64,000 nt of DNA from Piedraia hortae CBS 480.64 (Eukaryota), in NCBI GenBank assembly GCA_010093745.1, contig MU005978.1:62001-126000 (forward strand). Direction: 5' to 3'. This document shows positions 54,367 to 64,000 of the stretch, piece after piece (within the stretch, counting starts at the first letter, position 1; every line of letters starts with the position of its first letter). A program made the position numbers and the translations under genes. The notes below the pieces were generated by a model. That model was given only the letters and a program-made list of their open reading frames with translations. It was not told the origin of the DNA and did no database searches.

Positions 54367-57300
54367 TCGTCGGCGTCGGCGTCGTCAATTCGTTTTTGAG
54401 CGCTTTTCAGCGGGTTGTGGGTTGTGGGGGGGGGGGTTTTTTTTTCTCTCTAGCATGGCATGGCATTGTAGTTCGGTGTCGGTATATCATCTTCTTTTCC
54501 TGACCATCGAGTTCGCTCATTCTTTTCATTCAGATTACAGACACGTCGGTGGCTGTGATACTCATGCGAGGGCACATAGTTCTGCTTAGGCTGGTGTGCA
54601 GAGCTTTGCGCGTCTAGACCTGAAGTCGTTCGACTGGTCCGCTGAAGCCCCCACTCCAACGTCAACTTCCTTACCATCATTTTCCTTTCTTTCCGCCCAC
54701 ATAGCGCGCCGTAGAGACCTCAAGCGTGTGCTGCCATTATTGTTGTTGTGTGCTCGCACACTGAATTCAAGCTTGCAATTGCTCGTACAATGGGACATGC
54801 TAGCAGTATCGCATACCCCAAACCCTATGAAGAACTTGCACGCGCAGCATTGTGGAATGACCTAAGACTCTCAATAGGTGTATGTCGCATGACCAACTTG
54901 AGATAAAACTAGCGAAACAACCGAGATTCGTGGCTCCAGTATATGGGCAGAGTTGCCTCCACCCACACGTAAATCCCACAGCTCGGCTATGCCTCGGTCA
55001 AGGACAATATCGATAGTGTTGGGATTCGTAAGACTATCAACGTCGTTCTTCGGGTTGTCCTCGAAGGGTGTCGCACTGATCATGGGAGCTTGAGTCTGGC
55101 AAGAGCGACGTCATGGTGTTCTTGGATCTAATTCAATATTTCGGGGAGACTATTCCTATCGAAAAAGGGAGAGCAGAGGTGCTTCTTGATTGCAAACCGT
55201 AACACCCATCGCAAGTCAATACAACAATGGAGACCAGCGGCGATGCAAGTACATCTGAATATGAGAATGCAAAAGAAATCACAACTAGCTTGATTGGTCT
55301 GGCTCCTGCGTCCTTCTTCACCTCTGGGCCGACCCTCACATCAAGATCCTGAACTTTCTGTGCCAAGAATTTAACCACCGGACGTGTCTGCGGGATGGTG
55401 TTTAAATGTGCCAACAGTTTTCCTCTCGAATCCAAGGGCTGAAGGTCGATTGCAATACGCTTCATCGCAACTTCACTCAATGCGCTGGTTGCGGTGCAGT
55501 TAACCCAGCGACAGACCTGCATGAAGTCGAGTATACAACCCTGACTGCAGATCTGCCGGCTAGAAGCAACTGGCCAGGTGTTCGGTACTAAGTGATGAAA
55601 GTGTGCGGCAAGTTTTTAGAGGGAATTATGAGAGTTGCGAGAGTACCAAATTGGTCGCGTCGGAGAGATCATTCTCGGTAGTGAAACTGATCCACAGCTC
55701 AGTGCGAAACTCCATAAAGGATCACTGGTGAGCAGTCATGCCACGCAACGCGTGCGTGTTGATGGAAGAGGACAAGCATCGAAACTTCAAGGAGTGCAAT
55801 TTACTTCTTGAACTATCACCACCCCGAGCAGTTTGTTCTCAAGTTTGAGAACCTCTAGCAGACCATTCAATTGACTTTGGGAGGTGAATTCGATGACGAC
55901 GATCCAGAAGCTTTCAAGACACTTTCACTGGTGAGCGAATCGTGTCCTGCGCTGATGAAAATGTTGATGCCCAAAGACGAGCTGAGCGTGGAGACTGGTT
56001 TGGGCGTCGGCAAACACCAGAGTGAGGTCTGTTTGATCGCATCTGTTCTGGGGCGTTACGTCAAGGCTCACTGGGGCCTTCCAATTTACAACATCGTGAG
56101 GATGCAGGCTGCTAGCGACTCATGTAGGACAGTGACTCAGCTTCCACGGGCGTTGGAGAAGCAAGCTCACGGACCCTGGCAATTTCGCCTTTTGAAATGC
56201 CTTATGCCAAGCATATCGCCAAGACGGGCAGAATGTCACATTCTTCGGGGCCACTTTCCAGTACTTTTACAAGGTGGCTTACGCCGACGACTAGGCAAAG
56301 CAACGGGTTGTCTTTATGCTAGGCAACTGCGTGCGCATAACCGATCGTCAGATTCAAAGAGATTCAACGGATTTTTGTTCACCGCGAAAGTAGATGCAAC
56401 CCAGTACATCAACATCAATGAGCGGGTAGGTAGCATCATGAAGATGAGGCGGGTTTAATCCATTTGGAGAGCAAGTGATTGAGGATAATGTGCTTACGCC
56501 TATTCGACAGCGTACACGGAGGACATGGTTCAACAAAACCAGAATGGAAGCTTCAAGAGCCCCCGTGCAAAGTGCTGCTGTCGCTTCTACTTAACTGGCT
56601 AAGAAGACCGTGGGAACATGAAGTTTGACACAAAGGAAAATTGCCACGCTCATTTCCAGACCTTGGCCATGCGCAAGCTCATGAAGCTGAACCCAACAAC
56701 CGCATAAATGGAAGAGTTCGCCACGTGGTTTGGTCCCAACCTCTAGAAGCCTACCGTGCTGGAACTGCAGCCGGCAGTAGATCTGGTCAATGCTCTCCCG
56801 ATGGATGAATAACGGCGAAGCTCCGAAGGAACGTGACCCCTTTCATGATACTTTCAGTGCCAGCTTTGAGGAAGCAGAATCATCGTCTTCTGGAGGAGTC
56901 AAAAGACAGGAGGACCCGCCTTATTGTTACGGCGAGGTTGAGTGTGCGCGGGACGACCCGCGTCGCCTAAGCACACAGGGAATTTGATACACCGACGCGC
57001 CCTACTAGTTATTCATAGATACGCTCGCTACCGCGTGCGTATGGACAGCGCTTCTGGATTGGCTTATAGTATCCTAGCTCTCCAGTAGACAGCTGATCGG
57101 ATTGTCCTCGTTTTTGGGGCTTATTGAACCTTTTCTTCTGAGTACCGTAACATGTGGTAAGATTGTTAATAGATGCCAGCTTTCGAGAAGAACTACACGG
57201 GCCGTCCCAAGGGATGCTGGACGGGGTAGATAATATTCTGGCTTGCCGAGCTGGTCGGTGGAACAATAACGCAATGACAAGGTACTACCGGGTGGGGGAC

Positions 57301-59049
57301 TAAATGGCCCACGAGAAAGGACGGAGAGAAAAGCTCGCAGCGAGCAATCCAAGAGTTAAGGGCAGATTTGACTGCCTTGGTCTATTGGAAAGAAAACAAG
57401 ATACGACGGCGAAGGCAGCGGCTCGATCTGGGGGCGATTCACCAACGATTTCACTACAATTTAGTACTAGATGGACAAGCTTTCCAGTCTAGAGAAAACC
57501 AAAAATTATCCGCTCAGCGGTGCGATTCGTTTCCGCATTCCTGTCACAGCTCTCCCTACTTCAAGAAAATACGTTTCCCGAAAATAAACAGATGAGATTT
57601 TGTGTCCTGTCTCAGTGGCGACCTTATATGGATCTCAAAACTACATCGTGAAGTGGAAAGACCAACACATTTCGACGCGAGGAAAGAAAAAGGTCGGAGC
57701 TTCTGTTTCCGTGCCTTCCCTACTTTCGCAACCTGTAATACGCAAGCACCGTCAAAATTTTCCATCGCAATATGACATCGCAAATGAGTAAGTGCCTCAA
57801 TCTTGAGTGATGCATCAAATCTACCAGTCGCCAAGAGCCATGCAATCAGTGATCTACCGATATTGTCTTGTTGCCTTCCCGGACACTGCAAAATGTCAGA
57901 CGACACATGCAGCGGTTGTCATGGCATTAAATATGCCCAACCTCGCCAATTTCAGATGGGCATGAGTGTGATATGTTCGCAGTGTGAACTTCAGAATCAT
58001 CGTGCTGGCTGGCCCATAGCAACACGCCACACAACAGCGAGTCTGAAAAGGATGATCAGTCACTGTGCGCGTACAAGCGGACAAAATGGTAGAAGAGCCA
58101 ACATCAAACCATGCACTTGCATGTGGGGTTTTCTTACATTAGAAACGAACTGAACGAAATGGAAAAGTCAATTATTTCGAATGCTACGCCTCTATGAGTA
58201 GTTTAACGCTTCATTTACCTCAAAGACGTGGGCCCATCAATCCCCACAAGACCTCTCCAAGGATGCCTAACAGCAGGGTAAAGATAGCGGCTCCGGCTTC
58301 AAGAGCGAGGCGTGCATGGTCGCCTTGGATGCCATTCATGGCGCGATCGCAAAGGTAGACAGGTAACCTGCACAATCCAGGCCACCACCGCTATCAAACA
58401 CTGAAAAGCGACTATCCAGTGTGGGAAAGACTGAAGGGGAGCTCGGACTAGAGCATGAACGAGAAAGGCTGTTTAACGGCAGAGAAAGAGGTCATGGAGG
58501 CCAATTTCAAGCACACTCATCGGGCCAGGAAATTCAGCAATGCCCCTCTGGAGTTTGCCGAAGATCTGACGATGCTCAGTAGCGATTACCTGGCAACTGA
58601 TTGTCGCACTCTTGCTTCGCTTTGTTGTCGGGAACGGTCCTCGTCAGGCTGAAAGGCCTTGAGGATCAGGTGGCGCGTTTCAACGACAGCACCCCTCCCG
58701 TGGCTACTGCGACGAAGCTCTTTATGGAAGGATTTGGAGACATCACCGTCTCAGAGCGCGTCAAGGCCCTGAAAGAGTCGCAATAGCACGGAGACGGCGC
58801 TGGTCTTTACCAACGTCGGCCATAAAATCAGAGCCGTACTGGTTGCCAGTTGGAACGATTTAATACCTTTATGTAGATCCTACCCATGTTACTTGTTCGG
58901 TGTCTCCGGGTAAGAGTGCATAAGGAAGCTGAAGCACGTTGACTTCGACAACCACTGGCTGCGATAAGAACATTCTCGGGGAACCAACAACCTCCAGCGA
59001 ACACCAACCAATAACGTGGAAAGGTCAAAGATGCTGCGAATCATGAACC

Positions 59050-59334
59050 ACTCCGACAAGCTGGACAGAATCACCAGACGACGTGCCGCGCTTATTGTGC
59101 GCACTGGTGAGCGAGACTCGTCACCTGGTTTTGCTTGAGCATTGAAGCAAAACTTAAACATGGATGTTTCGAGCAAAACAGTCCGCAAAGCCTTTAAAAC
59201 GAGTTGATGGCTGTACAACAGAAGAATGGCCGAAGAAAACGGTCAATGCTCACCGGAAATAGGCTGTATAACACCTAGAATGGACATTTGAAGATTGAAA
59301 GAAGGTCCTCTTCTCCGATGAAACCAAAATCATC
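59050..59334 (+). pseudogene. Second Tc1-like transposase fragment, truncated by LTR A5
   Basis: DKLDRITRRRAALIVRTG...SSKTVRKAFK and HLEWTFED*KKVLFSDETKI parallel the 24-25 kb transposase. Confidence 0.8.
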
Positions 59335-59705
59335 TGTAGCGATAGTACTCTCGTGGATGGGAGTGCGCAGCGGCTCGAACTAGGAGGACATAGCGATAGA
59401 CGGAGATCAACGACAGGGATAGGAAAGATGTAGGTGGATAGGAGTCAATACCAGTGTCGATGTGACAGTATGAGTGACTATGTATCTCTACAATGGGACG
59501 TGAGGATAGATATTCTTTACCGGTGGGCTGGTGACATCACGTCGTACACTAGCAGGGCGCATTCACCATGTCACATATGACATGACCCTGAGGGAAAACC
59601 TCTGTGAGGGAAAAACCTAGGGTGCAGCCGGTAGTGTAGGAGTTATAGCTGATTTGCTATGCAAGTGTCCTGCATACGCGCTAGCGGCGATGCTTGAATC
59701 CAATA
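59335..59705 (-). mobile_element. Solo LTR, family A copy 5 (diverged)
   Basis: TGTAG...CAATA (terminal CA changed to TA), colinear with A1. No TSD. Confidence 0.88.
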
Positions 59706-60050
59706 CTCTATAAGAGGGCTTACCGTCTCACAATGACCTTACGCATGCATTTCGATTCCGAAATCTCCTTAAATGTGGTGCTGCGGCACAATGTTAGCTT
59801 TCAGGTTGCTAAACCTCGTTGGATAAATCCTTGCCTAAAAAGTTTACGCACGGGACTTCCTCTAGTTCGAAGGAACACGGTGCATCCTCCTGGAATAGAT
59901 ATCTCCTTTGCAAAGAATTGTGAAAGGGGTGTTACAGCATGTCGCTCTCATTGTAAGAATTTATCTGCATGATATTTCCTTGACGTATGTCACGGCCAGT
60001 GACGAGGGCCGTTCCTCATGCGTCCAGGGCAGCGGAACCCTTTTGAGATC

Positions 60051-60328
60051 TGTAGAGATTTAGATCTCGTGGGTGAGAGTGCACAGCGACCCGAAGAGGA
60101 CGGACTAGTGTCAAAAAATTGACAGTGTGAATAACTATCTATCTCTATGAGGGGACGTCAGAATGAAAATTCTGTACCAGTGGGCCGGTGACGTCACGCC
60201 GTACACTAGCAGGGCGTATTCGCCATGTTACATGTGACACAATCCTGAGCTGGTCGTGTAGGAGGTGACCGCTAACTTGCTATGCAAGTGCCCCGCATAC
60301 ACTCTAGCGGCGATGCTTGAATCCAACA
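60051..60328 (-). mobile_element. Solo LTR, family A copy 6 (internally deleted)
   Basis: TGTAG...CCAACA with two internal deletions relative to A1. Confidence 0.82.
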
Positions 60329-60544
60329 GGGTAGGGGTCGAGGGATCGATGAGAGACAAGGTTGAGAGGCTCAAAGCAATGGGCTATGAACGAGAGGACT
60401 GCGTAGACCCTATGTAGACAGAGAACAACGCACGAAGACGAGAAAAGAAAAGTCAGTGCCGCCTGAGTATGTGCTGCAGAGTGGGGGCCACTAGACTCGG
60501 GCCATGGACGGACCAGGCCCTTCCGCATGACGTAGGCCCTGAGT

Positions 60545-60594
60545 TCTGACATCTTCGTTCCGCTTTTAATCCTTGGAGGTTTACCCCTCCGACA
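60545..60594 (+). mobile_element. 3' terminal fragment of a family B LTR
   Basis: ...ccttggaggtttacccctccgaca matches the end of B1. Confidence 0.6.
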
Positions 60595-60899
60595 GAATCG
60601 CTTATTGAATAACCATCAAGAATGAGATTTTTGACATGTTGCGAGTCTGCGTATTCAACTTCTTGACACAGATGACCGTCAGTGTGTGCACGGAGATTCA
60701 CTCCTCCATGGCATCAGCATCACTCTCCCCCTCTTCGTCTTTCCCCACATCCTCCATCGCAACAGAAGTTGTGCCGGAATAAAGCAACCCAGCAGAGCAA
60801 CTACGGCGCTTGGCGGAGACTGACGTCCTCTGCTACTTCACGGCACCGGTGCAAATCTCGCAGTGGCAACGCGGGACCTTGCTCTCGTACAGCCACAAG

Positions 60900-61320
60900 T
60901 ATCGTAGCCTGTGTAGCCGGCGGACAGGTGCGCGAGAACGTAGCCGAAGGCCCTACGCTTCTTGGTACTCTTGCCCTCCGTGCAGAGGTTCCCCATCCCT
61001 TGGAGCCAAGCCTGGACGTTGGAGATGTAATAGTGATTCGGGTGCGGCTGGCAAATTTCGCGGAAAAGATGCTCTCCTTCGCCTTGGAAGGCCACACACT
61101 TTGGGCAGGAATCGTACAAGCAGAAGTGCGACCATGACGGGTGCCTATACATGTAACGATGAATGTCCCTATCGGGGCATCAAACAGCACGTACCATCGT
61201 CATCGCTGATGAGCGGCGTGGAATCTGCAACGACAACGTCGTCAAATACCCGCTGAAACTCGCGCATCATCCACGGAATGAGGATGCCAAAGACAATCTC
61301 CTGAATGCCAGGTCACTGTT
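60900..61320 (-). pseudogene. Gene relic, family F (more distant copy)
   Basis: CQPHPNHYYISNVQAWLQGMGNLCTEGKSTKKRRAFGYVLAHL aligns with 63195..63330. Same intron position (GATG^GTACGT...TAG^GCACC). Confidence 0.65.
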
Positions 61321-62189
61321 CTGCGTATGGCTGTTGCTGCCGCAGGCTTCCGATGACGACTTTTCGCCAGAGCTTGCCAAGATCCCACTGTATGGTGGGA
61401 CTTTAGCCCACCCTCGTGCGATCCATTTCGCCGACAACAGCAGCGCATGCATCGAGACCCCGTCACCGAGCACGCACTCCAGCATAATTGAAAGTGTAAC
61501 TTGATCCAAGGGCCACACTTCCAGAGATAAAGTCTGTGGGATGCCATAGCGCTTGTAACTTGCCGTAAATTTGGCAGTTTGACAGCTCATAGAATCGTCA
61601 TCAAGTAATCGATAACGTATCCAAGGCTTGCCTATTTTTGTTGGCATGCAATACTCCATCATTTAATGTCAGGCTAGGGATGTCGCAATCGTCACATAAC
61701 ATGTTGCCGCTGGACTTCGCATCCGCAGTATATGTATGGACGCCATAGAACTGCCTCATACAGGAAAAGTTGTCTTTAGCACCAGCTAACCCGCCGCAAC
61801 ATCGAATCCGAATATTATACGCGAGGATTCGATTGAGCACAATGCTGTCGTAGATGGTTGTGGTGTGTCAAGGAAAGAAGAAAAACGAGCGAACTGCAAG
61901 GAAGCAAAAGTGTTGTGGGCCAGTCCGAATGGTGTGTCTTCGGCAATCAAATAACGTGAAAACATACCGATACATGTGTCAGTTGTGCACGCACGGGCGC
62001 CAGTGATTTTGACGCCATGCCCGTTCGGGCATTAATTTGCGGGGCAATTCGCACATGTGCTTAGCTACCGCAGTGACTTTTACACCGAATGGTACGTGCA
62101 TCACCTCTTCCATCATCGAGATGATGCCCCAACAGGATTGTCTGGGATTTTGCGGATGAAGTAAAAGGCTTTTGATGAACGTGTGTTCA

Positions 62190-63330
62190 GTTTTTGCACT
62201 GCCAGAAACTCCATTGAAAATGATATCTATGCCTTTGCAGTTCAAACTCTGCCCAGTTGTGGCCCGACAAGGCGGGCCCGTGCATGCTCGTGTTGCAGCT
62301 TTCTAGACGAAACCTTGTTTTCCGACACGCGTAACGATTCTACATCATCACTCTCCACTATCAGCTTGAGGCTGGTAAGATACAATGCCGCAGATCATGG
62401 CACGAAAGTCTGGTTTTCGGCTGTGCGGCACACGAAAATGGCGCCCCCGTCAAGGATCTCCTTAAGATGTTAGGGATATATTAATCGAACAAGCTGTTAC
62501 GTTTCCGTTAGGATGCAGTCTTCTTTGAACAAATCGCCGAATAATATTGGGCTGTAAAGACCTGTCGGAGCGATCATGGTCGAAATGATATCTTGACCAG
62601 TCCTAAAACTAGCCTGATGGGTGATAAGACCGCGCCTGCTTAGACCACACCACAGCGCTACTTGGTGAGATAAAAGCCCGGGAAGTATAATGCCCTTCCT
62701 ACCACCTGCAGGCAGCTAGAGTCAAGAATTATTGCAGAACCAGATAGATGCAATTTTCTAGGCCCTGAAGAGATCCTGGACGGGGATAACCTGTGAATGT
62801 AGGCACCTTGACTCCAGGGAGAGGTTATCATACAGTCACCCTCCCTGGTGTCAAGTCGGTATACTAAGAGTCATCGAGTAATCAAGCATGATGCGCTGTG
62901 TGGAAACTTTGAATCAACGCAAGTTCGTGTCGGTTCTCACCTGGAAGACAACTCAGATGAACTCATCCAAGTGGGTATGAAGTCGCCGCGCTGAGACTCT
63001 CAGCGGTGCACTAAAAGTCTCGGCGGTGTGGTGGGGTCATGGCCCTTGTCTTTGAGCTTTCCACAAACGCCACGCTCTCCCCTGTAGCAAACATGGCAAC
63101 CACACGTTTACTCCACACACCGCTCTTTAGCGACGGAGATGGTACGTCTAATCAGTCCACAATCCTCTCACTTACCAATGCTAACGCCAATGTAGGCACC
63201 TGCCGGCCTCACCCCAGCCTACGCTACGTCTCCAACGATCAATCCTGGTTCCAGGGGATGAGCCTAGTTTGTACCGAGGACAAAAGTGCTTCCAGGCGTA
63301 GGGTCTTCACCTACGTTCACGCCGGCCTTC
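62190..63330 (+). pseudogene. Gene relic, family F, truncated by LTR B3
   Basis: Aligns to 40108..41039 (reverse complement) and to 60900..61320. Intron at about 63142..63194 (GTACGT...GCTAAC...TAG). Confidence 0.7.
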
Positions 63331-63635
63331 TGTCAGAAGGACGTGGCACCCACCATGACCAGAACCTTAGCTAGAAGTCGAAACCTCTCAGGGTTGTTAT
63401 CTCCATAGAGGAAGTTTTCCCTGAGACGGGTCATTGTCTCGTTCATGTTTAAGGGCATAATTCGCTGACGTTGTTCTGGCGAATGCGATTAGACTGAGGT
63501 GGTGTGGGGAAGATTTCGAACCTCACCTCACATAGACATAGACATTTACATTCACCTTTTCAGTCAGAGTTGAGTGAAAACATTTGTCGTCAATATCCGC
63601 TCCCGTTTAATCCTCGGAGGTTCACCCCTCCCCCA
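63331..63635 (+). mobile_element. Solo LTR, family B copy 3
   Basis: TGTCAG...CCCA, colinear with 15792..16097. No TSD. Confidence 0.88.
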
Positions 63636-64000
63636 GAAAACAATAGAACTTGACCGAGCAGTAAACAGGATTTGCCGTTGAGTTTTCGACCGATCATCAA
63701 GCTCTAGTTTCCACTTAATGAAAGACTATGCACGGTTAGGGATTCTTTCGAGCTGATTCCCGAGCAAATCGAAAATTTCACAATGGAGTTAGCGAATTGA
63801 GTCTTTCAGAGCAACATAAGACGTACTTTAAGGTGACTGCTTTTCTGTAGACTTTCCAACTTACATCGTACATCATGAAAACAAACATCTTCAGGCCCAG
63901 TATGAGTTTGCATCAGGTCTTTAGTCGCGAGAGAGCCTGGGCATCGGCGACAACGGACTCGACTTGAGTTTTCCAAACATAACTAAATTAGGCACATACA

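Noticed and set aside
54870..58200. Many 60-195 aa ORFs in the right-hand island
   Set aside because: Broken frames with no recognisable domain; probably relics, but they cannot be assigned from sequence alone.
58455..58790. Possible Myb/SANT or Harbinger-associated protein relic
   Set aside because: Only a vague helical resemblance, with no diagnostic motif.
59335..60328. A5 and A6 as the paired LTRs of one small element (TRIM-like)
   Set aside because: The copies differ substantially, the outer flanks (tcatc/gggta) do not match, and no clear PBS or PPT is present.

Overview
Eukaryotic fungal genomic DNA. It is a filamentous ascomycete, probably a Dothideomycete with a compact genome; this is inferred from the protein families and the short, mostly 44-59 nt GT-AG introns with CTRAY branch sites. 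Tightly packed core genes alternate with degenerate islands. The core genes are the Mrl1 3' end, Med15/Gal11-like, LMBR1-like, tRNA-Pro, glycogenin, ING-PHD, complex I 17.8 kDa subunit, F-box/LRR, Hsk3, CsbD-like, kinesin-3, TRM5, FHA-forkhead and TeaR-like. The islands lie at about 7.4-17, 22.3-32.6, 39-44.5 and 54.5-64 kb. They hold about 14 solo LTRs from five families (four with perfect 5-bp target-site duplications), two Tc1/mariner relics, an intact Mx-like dynamin, a probable Mei2-like pseudogene and a family of intron-bearing gene relics. The most unusual signals are: (1) repeated sharp C/A-to-G/T strand-skew jumps that overprint coding sequence and look like replication origins; (2) a CGCG/MCB array phased at exactly 35 bp upstream of the Mei2-like relic; (3) a hairpin-rich core module shared by LTR families with different ends. 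All calls were made by eye from the sequence and from recalled family motifs; no database searches were run.
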